Shown in pieces: positions 30,340-41,264 of a stretch of DNA of 64,000 nucleotides (the first letter of the stretch is position 1; each line of letters starts with the position of its first letter). Location: the NCBI GenBank assembly GCA_050952625.1, contig JBMNLH010000002.1:32001-96000 (forward strand). The letters run 5' to 3'. Position numbers and translations under genes: made by a program. The DNA is from Bacillota bacterium. Its GTDB lineage: Bacteria; Bacillota; Ch66; Ch109. The notes below the pieces were generated by a model. The model saw only the letters and a program-made list of their open reading frames with translations. It had not been told where the DNA came from and ran no database searches.

Positions 30340-31176
30340 TTGCAATTTATAAAAGTTCATGGTATTGGCAATGATTTTGTCTTAATGGATTTTTTACAAG
30401 GTGCCCCGGAACGGGATTGGCCGCAATTGGCCCAACAAATATGTAATCGTCATTTTGGCGTCGGGGCCGATGGTTTGGTTTTAATCCACCCCTCAACAAC
30501 AGCGCATATCCGAATGCAGGTTTTTAACCCAGATGGCAGTGAAGCAGAAATGTGCGGCAACGCGATTCGGTGTGTTGCCCGCTATGTTTATCAGCGTCAG
30601 CTGGTGAATGAGCTTTTTATTAAAGTGGAAACCCTGGCTGGCCTCAGGATCCCGGAAATTATTTTGAACGATCAGGGAGACTTGGCCGGAGTTAAAGTTG
30701 ATATGGGCAAACCAATCTTAGATCCCACCCTCATTCCCATGTCTATTCTCGGGGAAAAAGTCGTCAATCATCCCCTGCAATTTGCCGGCGACGAATTGAT
30801 GATTACCGCCGTCTCCATGGGTAACCCCCACTGTATTACCTATGTCTCAGATTTAGACAAAACCCCCTTTTACGACTGGGGCCCCAAGTTAGAAACCCAC
30901 CCCTTATTTCCCAAAAAAACCAATGTAGAATTTGTCGAGGTCCTTAATCCCCAAGAAGTCCGCATGCGGGTCTGGGAAAGAGGTGCTGGGGAAACCTTGG
31001 CCTGTGGGACTGGAGCGTGTGCAGTGGGGGTGGCGAGTTTTCTCAACGGTTTGACCGAACGGTTAATTACGGTTCACCTGCCGGGAGGGGACCTGCAAAT
31101 TGAATGGGCAGAAAATGGTCGCGTGTACATGACTGGCCCGGCGCAGGAGGTCTTTATTGGTAATTGGTTGGAGTAA
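30340..31176 (+). CDS. dapF: Diaminopimelate epimerase
   Basis: HGIGNDF, EMCGNAIRC and ERGAGETLACGTG motifs. Confidence 0.97.
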   Translation: MQFIKVHGIGNDFVLMDFLQGAPERDWPQLAQQICNRHFGVGADGLVLIHPSTTAHIRMQVFNPDGSEAEMCGNAIRCVARYVYQRQLVNELFIKVETLAGLRIPEIILNDQGDLAGVKVDMGKPILDPTLIPMSILGEKVVNHPLQFAGDELMITAVSMGNPHCITYVSDLDKTPFYDWGPKLETHPLFPKKTNVEFVEVLNPQEVRMRVWERGAGETLACGTGACAVGVASFLNGLTERLITVHLPGGDLQIEWAENGRVYMTGPAQEVFIGNWLE

Positions 31177-31358
31177 AATTTCTGGGTGATCACCATTTTC
31201 CATTTTCGGATCTTAACGACATGAGGTTTAATCTATCAAAACGAAACATGATTTTTTCAATAGCTATTAGCTATTAATGTTTTAAAGACCTAGGAAGCAA
31301 AAAAACCGTCCCCTTGCTTCCTTATTTAAAATCAAGCATAGGAGGTATCGCTTTATCG

Positions 31359-32531
31359 ATGAAACCGGCCAAAACTATTCAAAACTTGCCCCCTTATCTT
31401 TTCGCTCGTATTGAGAAATTAATTGCCGAAGCCAAAGAACAAGGCAAGGACATTATTAGTTTAGGAATCGGCGATCCGGATCGCCCCACACCACCGCATG
31501 TTATTAATACCTTGATCGAACAAGCGCAAAACCCGGTTAATCACCAGTATCCCTCCTCCGTTGGGATGCTGGAGTATCGTCGGGCAGTGGCCGATTGGTA
31601 CCAAAGCCGGTTTGGTGTTAATCTTGATCCTAAAACCGAAGTGGTATCGCTAATTGGTTCCAAAGAGGGGATTGGCCATATCAGTTTTTGTTATCTGAAT
31701 CCGGGGGACCTAAGCCTGGTGCCGGATCCAGGGTACCCAGTTTATTCAATCGGCGCCCTGTTAGCTAACGCGAATTCCTATCCCATGCCTTTGTCTCCGG
31801 AAAACGGGTTTCTGCCAGACCTGAAAGCAATTCCGGAAACAGTGGCGAAAGAAGCCAAAATAATGTTTCTGAATTACCCCAACAATCCGACCGGGGCGAC
31901 GGCTGACCTGAACTTTTTTCAGGAGGTTGTTGACTTCGCTCGCCGATATGATATTTTAGTTTGTCATGATGCTGCTTATTCAGAAGTGTATTTTGACGGG
32001 CAGGCCCCGGTCAGCTTCCTGCAAGCGGAAGGGGCTAAAGAGGTGGGGATTGAGTTTCATTCCGTATCCAAGACTTATAACATGACCGGCTGGCGGGTCG
32101 GTTGGGCCGCCGGCAACGCCGAAGCCATTGATGTCCTAGGCCGCTTTAAATCAAACGTAGACTCTGGGGTGTTTCAAGCCATCCAGTACGCGGGTATTAC
32201 GGCTTTAACCGGACCGCAGGATTGTGTGGAAGAAATGCGCCAGGTTTATCAAGAACGGCGTGACGTTGTCATTAACGGTTTGCGGAAAATGGGTTGGCAA
32301 ATTGAGCCACCTAAAGCAACAATTTACGTCTGGGCCCCGGTTCCCAAGGGTTATACCTCCAGCAGTTTTGCCGAACTGGTTTTGAGCAAAGCGGGAGTGG
32401 TCATTACTCCGGGTTTAGGTTACGGTGAACGGTCAGATGGTTACTTCCGAATTGCGCTAACGCAAGAAGTCGACCGGATCCAGGAAGCCCTGGACCGGAT
32501 GCAGGCCGCCTTAGGAACGCTTGAGTTCTAA
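31359..32531 (+). CDS. dapL: LL-diaminopimelate aminotransferase
   Basis: [15 protein letters not shown] and [12 protein letters not shown] motifs; follows dapF; ATG 31359 after AGGAGG. Confidence 0.88.
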   Translation: MKPAKTIQNLPPYLFARIEKLIAEAKEQGKDIISLGIGDPDRPTPPHVINTLIEQAQNPVNHQYPSSVGMLEYRRAVADWYQSRFGVNLDPKTEVVSLIGSKEGIGHISFCYLNPGDLSLVPDPGYPVYSIGALLANANSYPMPLSPENGFLPDLKAIPETVAKEAKIMFLNYPNNPTGATADLNFFQEVVDFARRYDILVCHDAAYSEVYFDGQAPVSFLQAEGAKEVGIEFHSVSKTYNMTGWRVGWAAGNAEAIDVLGRFKSNVDSGVFQAIQYAGITALTGPQDCVEEMRQVYQERRDVVINGLRKMGWQIEPPKATIYVWAPVPKGYTSSSFAELVLSKAGVVITPGLGYGERSDGYFRIALTQEVDRIQEALDRMQAALGTLEF

Positions 32532-32597
32532 GCCTGCTGATGGGGTTAAATGTTATCTAACCGATAACCAAAAAATAACCGTTAACGAAAAAAGCAA

Positions 32598-32637
32598 CAA
32601 AGAGTCGTTCCGTATCTCAAACGGTAACGACTCTTTA
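32598..32637. terminator. Hairpin between convergent dapL and glnA
   Basis: AAAGAGTCGTT..AACGACTCTTT inverted repeat. Confidence 0.6.
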
Positions 32638-32712
32638 CCCTATAAAGACTAGGTTAAACAGCCAGCAACCTTTTTAATAGAACTCACTGATCACCAAACC
32701 TTTTCGCTTAAT

Positions 32713-34041
32713 TTAATAAATGGCCAAATATCGCTCAATTTCCCATGGATGCACCTGGGTACGATAGAGCTCCCATTCTTTAGTTTTGGCTTCCATAAAA
32801 CGGTCGTAAATATGCTCTCCCAAGGCCTCCTGGATGACCCGGTCTTTTTTCAGCTCCGCCAAAGCCTCATTTAGGTCACTGGGTAGAGAAGGGATCCCCC
32901 TTCTTACTCTTTCTTGCCGGTCCATGTCATACAGATTATCGTCAACAGGGGATGGCGGAGTAATCTGTTGCTTGATTCCGTCCAGACCAGCTTTGAGCAT
33001 AACGGCTAGAGCCAGATAAGGGTTGCAGGAAGGATCCGGGTTGCGCACTTCGATCCGAGTACTCATGCCCCGTTTGGCCGGAATGCGCACCAGCGGGCTC
33101 CGGTTCTTTTCGGACCAAGCCACGTACACCGGTGCCTCAAAACCGGGGACCAACCGCTTATAGGAATTGACCGTTGGGTTGGTAATCGCAGCAAAGGCCC
33201 GCGCATGCTGGAGGATGCCGCCGATATAATATAAAGCCTCTTGACTTAACTGATTGGGTGTCGTCGGGTCAAAGAAGGCATTTTCTTTATCGCGAAATAG
33301 GGACTGGTGGCAGTGCATTCCAGACCCGGCAACGCCGTAAACTGGTTTCGGCATAAAACTAGCGTGCAGGCCATGCCGCTGGGCAATGACCCGAATCGTA
33401 TGCTTCAGAGTCGCAATCTTATCCGCCGTGGCGACTGCACAGCCATACTTAAAATCAATTTCATGCTGGCCGGGGGCCACCTCATGGTGCGAAGCCTCCA
33501 CTTCAAAGCCCATCTCTTCCAGAGCCAGCACCATATCCCGTCGGGCATTTTCGCCCAGATCGACTGGGGCTAGATCAAAATAACTGGCCTGATCGTGGGT
33601 AATAGTCGTCGGTTTCCCATCGCTATCCGTGTGGAAAAGGAAGAACTCCGCTTCCGGTCCGACCAGCATCTGAAAACCCATCGACGCCGCCTCTTTAACG
33701 ATTCGTTTCAAATTACAGCGAGGACAGCCGGAGAAGGGGGTGCCGTCCGGGTTATATACATCACAAATCAACCGGGCCTCGGCCTCGCCCCGGGGACGCC
33801 AAGGCAACACGACAAAGGTGCTGTAGTCTGGCTTAAGATACATGTCTGATTCTTCGATCCGGACAAACCCCTCAATTGACGAACCGTCAAACATGAGCTC
33901 CCCATCCAAGGCTTTATCTAGCTGTGAAATCGGAATAGTGACACTCTTTAGGCCTCCCGTAATATCGATAATCTGCAGATAGATGAACCGGATATTCTGT
34001 TCTGCTACCTGTTTTTTTATATCTTCCCTGGTTATAGCCAA
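32713..34041 (-). CDS. glnA: Glutamine synthetase type I
   Basis: [31 protein letters not shown] and SYKRLVPG motifs. Confidence 0.97.
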   Translation of the reverse strand: MAITREDIKKQVAEQNIRFIYLQIIDITGGLKSVTIPISQLDKALDGELMFDGSSIEGFVRIEESDMYLKPDYSTFVVLPWRPRGEAEARLICDVYNPDGTPFSGCPRCNLKRIVKEAASMGFQMLVGPEAEFFLFHTDSDGKPTTITHDQASYFDLAPVDLGENARRDMVLALEEMGFEVEASHHEVAPGQHEIDFKYGCAVATADKIATLKHTIRVIAQRHGLHASFMPKPVYGVAGSGMHCHQSLFRDKENAFFDPTTPNQLSQEALYYIGGILQHARAFAAITNPTVNSYKRLVPGFEAPVYVAWSEKNRSPLVRIPAKRGMSTRIEVRNPDPSCNPYLALAVMLKAGLDGIKQQITPPSPVDDNLYDMDRQERVRRGIPSLPSDLNEALAELKKDRVIQEALGEHIYDRFMEAKTKEWELYRTQVHPWEIERYLAIY

Positions 34042-34237
34042 ACACCCTACCTCCTACCCAAAACTTCGAACGCCTACACCCATAAAGATAGATTAGTCAT
34101 TAGTATCTTGTATCACTACACTTAGATCCCTTTCCTTTTCCCGGCAAAAAATCCCCCGTGAATCTGCCGCGTATCGGAAATATTATAAAAAGCTTGCGCG
34201 TCAATTTCGTCGATCAACTTCAGGGCTTGGCTTAGGC

Positions 34238-35065
34238 TTAGCGCCGTTTAGCCAGTTCCTTAAACACCTCGTCCGGGGTAATGCTGCTATCCGCCAGCAA
34301 GACCAGCAAATGGTAAATGAGATCAGCACTCTCGTAGATTAGTTCCTCACGGCTCGCATTTTTCGCGGCAATAATCACTTCCGCGGCCTCTTCCCCGACC
34401 TTTTTACAGATCTTATCTACTCCTTTATTAAAGAGGTAGGCGGTATAAGAACCTTCGGGCCGAGTTTGCCGACGTTCCAGAATCACCTGGTAGAGCTCGG
34501 CCAGGATTTGGGCTGGTGTGGTCCGAGACGCCTGGGGTTCGGTTTCTGGGCCAACTATTCCAATCACTCCAATAGATTCAGCCGGCTTAGTTGTTTCCAG
34601 GTTAGCGTTACTTGCGCCCTTGCTGGTGACTGTCGCGGTCCTCGTTAATAACTCGGGCGAGATAATACCGGGCGGCTCTCCGTAAACTTCCTCCGGATTA
34701 AAAACGCGCTCGCCAATGGTCTGAACTTCCCCACTGGGGGTTATTTCTCGGTAAAAACATGACTGATAACCGGTATGGCAAGCTGCTCCGGTTTGTTCCA
34801 CCTTCACTAACAAGGCATCCTGGTCACAATCAAATGAGATCCCTCTCACCCGTTGAAAATGACCGGAGGTCTCACCTTTATGCCACAATTCCTGACGACT
34901 GCGGCTATAAAACCAGGTCTCGCCGGTTTCCCAGGTTCTGGCCACGGCCTCGCGGTTCATATAGGCAATCATCAAAACCTGACCGGTCTTGTTATCCTGC
35001 ACAATCGCCGGAATCAAACCGTCAGCTCCAAATTTCAACTCTTTTAGAAAAGTAAAATCCTTCAA
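34238..35065 (-). CDS. hisIE: Bifunctional PR-AMP cyclohydrolase / PR-ATP pyrophosphatase with an extended linker
   Basis: [25 protein letters not shown] and KKVGEEAAE motifs. Confidence 0.95.
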   Translation of the reverse strand: MKDFTFLKELKFGADGLIPAIVQDNKTGQVLMIAYMNREAVARTWETGETWFYSRSRQELWHKGETSGHFQRVRGISFDCDQDALLVKVEQTGAACHTGYQSCFYREITPSGEVQTIGERVFNPEEVYGEPPGIISPELLTRTATVTSKGASNANLETTKPAESIGVIGIVGPETEPQASRTTPAQILAELYQVILERRQTRPEGSYTAYLFNKGVDKICKKVGEEAAEVIIAAKNASREELIYESADLIYHLLVLLADSSITPDEVFKELAKRR

Positions 35066-35361
35066 CTTCTAACCGCTACCCCCTTACTCAGTAAATAGTC
35101 CTTGGCTTCGGCTACCCCTCCGCCCACTGTGAAGGGGATAAAAACTTCCTCGGAAGTGCGGCGCACCACCTCTTCCATGATGTCCCGCTCCTCCGCGGAC
35201 GCTGTTATATCCAAGAAAACTGCTTCATTGGCCCCGGTCTGATCATAATAGGCCGCCAGTTTGACCGGGTCCCCGGCATCCTTCAGGTTGATAAAATTCG
35301 TTCCTTTGACTACTCGCCCGGCCATGACATCCAGGCAGGGAATAATTCTTTCAGCCAGCAC
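35062..35361 (-). pseudogene. hisF: HisF cyclase with a large in-frame internal deletion (99 aa)
   Basis: N-terminal [12 protein letters not shown]...PFTVGGG joined directly to a HisF-type C-terminus [17 protein letters not shown]. Confidence 0.92.
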
Positions 35362-35502
35362 GTTGCGCTATTCATCCTTCCCTTAAATACATTCTTATGA
35401 CATCAAAAACCTGATGGACGCTGATTTAAAATCGTCTTGCCACCCATCCCGCTACGGTTGACGTTTACGCTTTATGCCTCGCTCTTTACTCATATTATCT
35501 CC

Positions 35503-36243
35503 CTAAATAATATGTCCTTCTGCTTGGGCTACCTCCAGTGCCTCTTCCAAAACTACGACCCCTGAGTAAAGAGCCCGACCGATAATAACCCCTTCCACCC
35601 CATAAGGTTCCAAGGCTTTTAGACTTCGAATATCTTCCAAAGACGAAATGCCCCCAGAGGCTAAGATTTTGAGATTACAGGCCAGCCCCATCTCTCGGGT
35701 ACCTTCAACATTCGGACCCTTCAGCATGCCATCTCGCCGAATATCGGTCAGAACGATTCTCTTGATCCCAATCTCCTCGACCTCGCGACCAAGTTCTAAG
35801 ATGCTCTTTTCTGAGGTCTTATCCCAGCCTTCAATGACGACTTTTCCATCCCGACCGTCAATTCCCACCAGAATCCGCTCTCCAAACTCAGCCACAGCTT
35901 CGCGCACCATCTCCGGTTGGGCGACCGCCGAGGTCCCTAAAATAACCCGGTTTACTCCTAAATCTAAAAGTTGACGAACAGTCTCCATTGTTCGGATTCC
36001 GCCGCCGACCTGAATGGGAATGTTTACATTTTTCACAATCGCCTTGATCTTATCCAGGTTTCTCAGTTCACCGGCAAAAGCCCCGTCTAAATCGACCACA
36101 TGCAGCCACTGGGCCCCGCGTTTTTCCCAATTGCTAGCCACCTCTGCCGGATTGTTCGAAAAAACTATTTCCTGGTCAAGACGACCCTGAATTAAACGAA
36201 CGCATCGACCCTCTCGTAAATCAATGGCCGGAATTACCAGCAT
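35503..36243 (-). CDS. hisA: ProFAR isomerase
   Basis: VIPAIDL, LHVVDLDGA, QVGGGIR and TDIRRDG motifs. Confidence 0.97.
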   Translation of the reverse strand: MLVIPAIDLREGRCVRLIQGRLDQEIVFSNNPAEVASNWEKRGAQWLHVVDLDGAFAGELRNLDKIKAIVKNVNIPIQVGGGIRTMETVRQLLDLGVNRVILGTSAVAQPEMVREAVAEFGERILVGIDGRDGKVVIEGWDKTSEKSILELGREVEEIGIKRIVLTDIRRDGMLKGPNVEGTREMGLACNLKILASGGISSLEDIRSLKALEPYGVEGVIIGRALYSGVVVLEEALEVAQAEGHII

Positions 36244-36286
36244 TGACTACCACCTCCCCATAATTCTGTAATATAATCGCAATCAT
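36221..36286 (-). pseudogene. hisH: hisH deletion scar (21 codons plus stop)
   Basis: RBS GGAG, then MIAII (HisH N-terminus) fused in frame to LQNYGEVV.. (HisH-like C-terminus), overlapping the hisA start at the usual hisH position. Confidence 0.8.
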
Positions 36287-36304
36287 CCCGGCTGTTCTCC
36301 TTTT

Positions 36305-36898
36305 TTAAACCAGTACTCCCTTGGTTGAAGGGACGCCTTCAACCCGCGGATCGATCTGCACGGCTTCGCGCAGTGCCCGTCCCAGTCCTTTGAAAACCGC
36401 TTCCGCAATGTGATGGGTGTTTTTGCCGCTCAACAACCGGACGTGCAACGTTAAACCCGCATTAACCGCCAAGGCGCGCAAAAATTCTTCGATCAGTTCG
36501 GTGTCAAACTCCCCGACCCGACTGGTGGTGAGAACTACATCATAGACCAAAAAAGGCCGACCGCTAATATCGATTACTACCTGCGCCAGGGCTTCGTCCA
36601 TTGGCACGAGAGCACTCCCGTATCGATTTATGGCCTTTTTTTCTCCCAGTGCTTGCCGCAAAGCCTGGCCCAAGGTAATTCCGATATCTTCTACGGTATG
36701 GTGCGCATCCACTTCCAGGTCGCCCCGAGCGGTGACCGCCAGATTAAACAAACCATGTCGGGTAAACAAATGAAGCATATGATCCAAAAAAGGAACCCCC
36801 GTCTGGCCGCTAAAAGTGCCCTGGCCATCAATCCCCAGGCGGATACTGACTTGGGTTTCGCCGGTTAGGCGCTCAACCTCAGCAAACCGTTCTATCAC
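36305..36898 (-). CDS. hisB: Imidazoleglycerol-phosphate dehydratase
   Basis: FLDHML, DAHHTVED, PMDEAL and NTHHIAEA motifs. Confidence 0.97.
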   Translation of the reverse strand: MIERFAEVERLTGETQVSIRLGIDGQGTFSGQTGVPFLDHMLHLFTRHGLFNLAVTARGDLEVDAHHTVEDIGITLGQALRQALGEKKAINRYGSALVPMDEALAQVVIDISGRPFLVYDVVLTTSRVGEFDTELIEEFLRALAVNAGLTLHVRLLSGKNTHHIAEAVFKGLGRALREAVQIDPRVEGVPSTKGVLV

Positions 36899-36943
36899 AA
36901 CCGTTCCTCCGAAAGTTTTTATTATAGAGTACAATTCCTAACC

Positions 36944-38224
36944 TCATGGTTCAAGTCTAATTTTTATTGAATTGGCGTGGGCATCCAGACCTTCAACGGT
37001 AGCCAGTTTAATTACTTTGGGAGCAGCGGCCCGAAAACCAGCTTCAGAGTAAGCGATCACACTGGTTTTCTTGGTAAAGGTATCTACCGTTACTGGCGAG
37101 TAAAAACGAGCAGTGCCGCCGGTTGGCAAGATGTGGTTAGGGCCGGCAAAGTAATCGCCAATTGGTTCCGGCGAGTAATGACCGACAAACACCGCCCCGG
37201 CATTTTTCACCTGGCCTAACCAGGAAAAAGGTTCGGCCACCAGCAGTTCCAGGTGCTCCGGAGCAAACCGGTTTGCGACCTCAATGGCCTCAGTCAAATC
37301 TTCGGTAATGATGATCGCCCCATATTCAGTTAGGGCCTTTTCCATAATGTCTCGACGGCTTAAACCAGCCAACTGCCGCTCCACCTCAAGCTTAACCGCT
37401 TGGGCTAACTCGGTTGAAGGGGTCACCAGCAGGGCAGAAGCTAGGGCGTCATGTTCGGCCTGGGACAACAGATCCGCCGCCGCATACCGAGGATTGGCTG
37501 TGGCATCCGCTACTACTAGCACCTCACTGGGCCCGGCCAGCATATCAATATCCACTTCCCCATAGACCAGTTTTTTCGCCATGGTGACATAGATGTTGCC
37601 TGGTCCGGTAATCTTATCCACCTTAGGTACGGTCTGGGTACCGCAAGCCAAGGCTGCTACCGCTTGGGCTCCGCCGATCTTATAGATCTCGGTTACGCCA
37701 CAGGCAGCGGCTGCGACCAAGGTATAGGGATTCAGCGATCCATCTGCGGCTGGCGGGCTAACCATGATTATTTCTTTAACCCCGGCGACCTGAGCCGGCA
37801 GGGCATTCATCAAAACGGAGGATGGATAAGCGGCGGTCCCTCCTGGAACGTAGATACCTACCCGCTCCAGTGGTCGAGAGATCTGACCTAAAATGTTGCC
37901 CGAAGGGTCCGGTTCCATCCAGGAATGCTGCTTCTGTTGCTCATGAAAGGAACGGATATTATCAATGGCTGCTTGAAGTGAATCCAGAAATTCGCGATCA
38001 ACTAAGGCCCGTGCCTGTTCAATTTCCTCGGCAGTTACTCGCAGATTATCCCACTCGGCGGGTACCCGATCAAATCGACGGGTATACTCCAAAACTGCCG
38101 CGTCACCTCGCTGCCGGACTTCCTCGACAATTTCCCGGACGCGAGACTCAATTTCTGCAGCGTTGGCAATGGTCTTTTGCAGAATACGCTCCACGGCCGG
38201 GTCACGACTGGACAGTATCCTCAT
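36944..38224 (-). CDS. hisD: Histidinol dehydrogenase
   Basis: YVPGG, GPGNIYV, AGPSE, SQAEH, APEHL and GPNHILPT motifs. Confidence 0.97.
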   Translation of the reverse strand: MRILSSRDPAVERILQKTIANAAEIESRVREIVEEVRQRGDAAVLEYTRRFDRVPAEWDNLRVTAEEIEQARALVDREFLDSLQAAIDNIRSFHEQQKQHSWMEPDPSGNILGQISRPLERVGIYVPGGTAAYPSSVLMNALPAQVAGVKEIIMVSPPAADGSLNPYTLVAAAACGVTEIYKIGGAQAVAALACGTQTVPKVDKITGPGNIYVTMAKKLVYGEVDIDMLAGPSEVLVVADATANPRYAAADLLSQAEHDALASALLVTPSTELAQAVKLEVERQLAGLSRRDIMEKALTEYGAIIITEDLTEAIEVANRFAPEHLELLVAEPFSWLGQVKNAGAVFVGHYSPEPIGDYFAGPNHILPTGGTARFYSPVTVDTFTKKTSVIAYSEAGFRAAAPKVIKLATVEGLDAHANSIKIRLEP

Positions 38225-38898
38225 CCTTCCAAATCCTCCTTCTCGACCACTTCTTTCATCTTATCTTGCAGAGGTTGAATAATCTCGGACTTCATTCGAA
38301 AACTAACTCGGTTCGCAATCAGTCTGGCCGTGGCCGGGAAGATTTCTTCCAGGACCGCCAGCTTGTTTTCGCGTAAGGTCCGACCAGTCGAGACAATATC
38401 CACAATCAAGTCTGACAAGCCCACACTTGGAGCCAGCTCAATATTACCATGCAGTTTGACCACCTCAACCTGGATGCCTTTTTCTTTAAAGAACGTTTCC
38501 GCCACTCGAGGAAATTTAGTCGCGACCCGAGCGTGACTAAAACGAGTCAGGTCCCCCGCCGGCAATAACTTTTCCGGGCCGGCCACAACGAATCGACAGT
38601 AGCCAAACTTCAAATCTACCAATTCATAAACGTTTTTATTGTCCTCAACAATGGTATCCTTGCCAACAATCCCCAGATCAGCTGCTCCGTACTCAACAAA
38701 GGTCGGAATATCTGTAGAACGGCAAACTATATAGCGGATAGTAAATCCGACTAGTTCCCGGTCCTCATAGTCAAATACCAGTTGTCGGGTATCTTCCAGC
38801 AGTCCCTCCCAAGGCAAACCTACCTTCCGCAGTAGTCGAACGCTGGGATCAAAAAGTTTTCCCTTGGGTAAGGCAATTGTCAAACGGTCGCGAGCCAC
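38221..38898 (-). CDS. hisG: ATP phosphoribosyltransferase, short form
   Basis: IALPKGKL, ATKFP and DIVSTGRTLREN motifs. Confidence 0.96.
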   Translation of the reverse strand: MARDRLTIALPKGKLFDPSVRLLRKVGLPWEGLLEDTRQLVFDYEDRELVGFTIRYIVCRSTDIPTFVEYGAADLGIVGKDTIVEDNKNVYELVDLKFGYCRFVVAGPEKLLPAGDLTRFSHARVATKFPRVAETFFKEKGIQVEVVKLHGNIELAPSVGLSDLIVDIVSTGRTLRENKLAVLEEIFPATARLIANRVSFRMKSEIIQPLQDKMKEVVEKEDLEG

Positions 38899-38985
38899 CA
38901 GCTTCCTCTCCTTTACTACGTTAAAGTAATACTGTGACGAATTGTACCACGGCCTCAAGAGGATCGTCAATGACTCGGTTTAACA

Positions 38986-39993
38986 CTATTGCTTTTTGTT
39001 TTGATTGTCCAAAGCTAGCAGCAGCCGCTCGATTCCCACCGCAAAGCCGGTCGCCGGACAGGGATAGCCAAATTTGCTCAAAAGATTATCATACCGACCG
39101 CCACCGCACAGCGGAAAGCCTAAATCACTGCTATATCCCTCGAAAACAATGCCAGTATAATACTCAAATCCACGCAGCACCCCCAAATCAAGCCGGACAA
39201 ATGAATCGACCCCCAGCTTAATCAGACTGGACCAAACCCGCTCTAAATAATCCAGGGCCTGGATGGTCCGCTGGTTGGATGTTAGTTTACGGGATTCTTG
39301 AATGACTTCCAGGCCGCCGTGGAAGTTACTGATCCCTAATACCATTTCCCTTTTTTGCAGGGGTAGCTGATGCTCTATCAGCAGGTCTTCCAAACCGACC
39401 AGATCCTTTTGGGTTAAAGCCTTTTTTAAGGAACGGATCACTGACTCTGGCAGATTAGTCTCCTCCATTAGTCCATTGATCACCTGAACCTCACCCAAGC
39501 TGATTTGGAATTCCTGCAAACCGGCAGTCCGCAACGCCTCAACGGCTAGAGCAATTAATTCTGCATCTGCCTCGGGACCAGAGCTCCCAATCAATTCTAC
39601 CCCGGCCTGACCAAATTCCCTCAATCGACCCGCTTGCGGACTTTCATAACGAAAGACATTCGCCAGATAAAAGAGGCGTAATGGAAGCGGTTGATTGCGG
39701 AGTCGCGTAGCCACTAACCGGGCAATGGGGGTTGTCATATCCGGCCGCAAGACTAGCAGTCTGCCATCCCTATCCAGTAGCCGGTAGAGTTCTTCCCCAA
39801 CCTCTTCTCCCAGATCGATCGCCAAAGTATCAAAGTATTCCAGAGTAGGCGTTGCCACTTCCTGGTAACCCCACCGTTCAAACACCGTTACCATCTGGTT
39901 CTCTAACGCGCGTCTTCTCCGAGCCTCTCCAGGCAATAAATCACGGGTACCGGCTGGAATAGGCCAGGTACCCGGATATTTATCTACCGCCAT
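38986..39993 (-). CDS. hisZ: ATP phosphoribosyltransferase regulatory subunit
   Basis: LRPDMTTPIAR, QAGVELIG, YYTG and GGGRYD motifs; precedes short hisG. Confidence 0.95.
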   Translation of the reverse strand: MAVDKYPGTWPIPAGTRDLLPGEARRRRALENQMVTVFERWGYQEVATPTLEYFDTLAIDLGEEVGEELYRLLDRDGRLLVLRPDMTTPIARLVATRLRNQPLPLRLFYLANVFRYESPQAGRLREFGQAGVELIGSSGPEADAELIALAVEALRTAGLQEFQISLGEVQVINGLMEETNLPESVIRSLKKALTQKDLVGLEDLLIEHQLPLQKREMVLGISNFHGGLEVIQESRKLTSNQRTIQALDYLERVWSSLIKLGVDSFVRLDLGVLRGFEYYTGIVFEGYSSDLGFPLCGGGRYDNLLSKFGYPCPATGFAVGIERLLLALDNQNKKQ

Positions 39994-40020
39994 CCCTTTT
40001 TCGACCTCCCTCCAAATCCC

Positions 40021-40332
40021 TTACCCTTTCTTTTCTGAAGCCAGCAGTCTTCCTAAGACCAATTGGTACCCGCTGGCTCCGTACTGAAGAAACCTTTTTA
40101 CTCGACTGATGGTTGCCGTACTGGCCCCAGTACGTTCACCGATTAAGGCATAGGTGGTGTTTTCATGCAACATCCTGGCTACTTCTAGTCGCTGGGCCAT
40201 GGCATTTATTTCCCCAACGGTACAGAGATCCTCAAAAAACTGGTAGCACTCTTCTTTATTTTTAAGCAGCAGAACTGCCTCAAATAATTGGTCCACCAAC
40301 GGATCTCTGATCCGGGAACCACCGACCTCCAT
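40021..40332 (-). CDS. YerC/YecD family TrpR-like protein
   Basis: FFEDLCT, QRLEVA and TGASTATISRV motifs. Confidence 0.92.
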   Translation of the reverse strand: MEVGGSRIRDPLVDQLFEAVLLLKNKEECYQFFEDLCTVGEINAMAQRLEVARMLHENTTYALIGERTGASTATISRVKRFLQYGASGYQLVLGRLLASEKKG

Positions 40333-40494
40333 ATCTTAAACCTCCGGAACTTATAAAGCTAAACTATAGTATTTCTTGAGTATTTCTTGCCTAACCTATC
40401 CTTCTGTCGAAGCGTCACCCTACCAGAAAAAACGCTGCTGCAACTAATGCCGCGGGGTACAACTACTGATGAATTATTTGCCTATCTTATTCCG

Positions 40495-41184
40495 CTATAA
40501 AAGCTTGGCATCATTAATCAACAATTCAAACTGGCACCCCAGCGCGGCCGCGGCCCGGCGGCAGAGAATCATCTTCGTTAAGAAAATCTCAAAATATTCC
40601 ATCACCGAACAAATATTTTGGTCAATTTTTAATTTCATGGCAATTAATTTTTCCTCTGGCAGTACTTCCAGGCAAGTCTGCTCTACCGCATAATTAACCC
40701 GGTCCCTTGGGGTGAAGGTAGCCGGATCAGATTTGCGCACCCGACTTCGATGCACATTTGATTTATCCGCCAGAATAACCGCGGCGGTGACATTATTGAC
40801 CGGGTTGCCGCCGGTATTCTCTTCGTGATTGCCAATAGCCGACATAATTACCGCCAGTTCCTCCGGGTCCATGCCTAACTCGTTTAAGAGATTAAAGGCT
40901 AAGATGGCACCTGTAAGCCCATGGTTATAACGATTTACCAGGTTGCCAATATCATGCAGGTACCCAGCGATTGCCGCCAGTTCCGTATCCCGCTGCGGGT
41001 GGCCTAGCTTAGTGAGTATTTCTCGGCTGCTTTCGGCCACTAGCAAAGCGTGCGGCTCGTCGTGCTGAATAGCACCGATCTTTTCCAGGTAGCAGTCCCC
41101 AATTCCTAAATATCGCCGAATCTGAGAATTATTCTTGACCATCTCCAAATTTACTAAGGTAAAACCTTGTGTCTGGTCGCTCAT
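40495..41184 (-). CDS. HD-domain phosphohydrolase
   Basis: YLHDIGN, IGNHEE and LADKS motifs. Confidence 0.9.
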   Translation of the reverse strand: MSDQTQGFTLVNLEMVKNNSQIRRYLGIGDCYLEKIGAIQHDEPHALLVAESSREILTKLGHPQRDTELAAIAGYLHDIGNLVNRYNHGLTGAILAFNLLNELGMDPEELAVIMSAIGNHEENTGGNPVNNVTAAVILADKSNVHRSRVRKSDPATFTPRDRVNYAVEQTCLEVLPEEKLIAMKLKIDQNICSVMEYFEIFLTKMILCRRAAAALGCQFELLINDAKLL

Positions 41185-41264
41185 GGTACCCCCCTCCCCG
41201 ACTTAAGCCGTAAACGTTTACTCTGAATTGAAATCATGGATGCGCAGTGTTGGCCCGGTTTCAC

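Noticed and set aside
36899-36943. hisC deletion scar between hisD and hisB
   Set aside because: The short spacer has no recognisable HisC residues, and hisC is often unlinked
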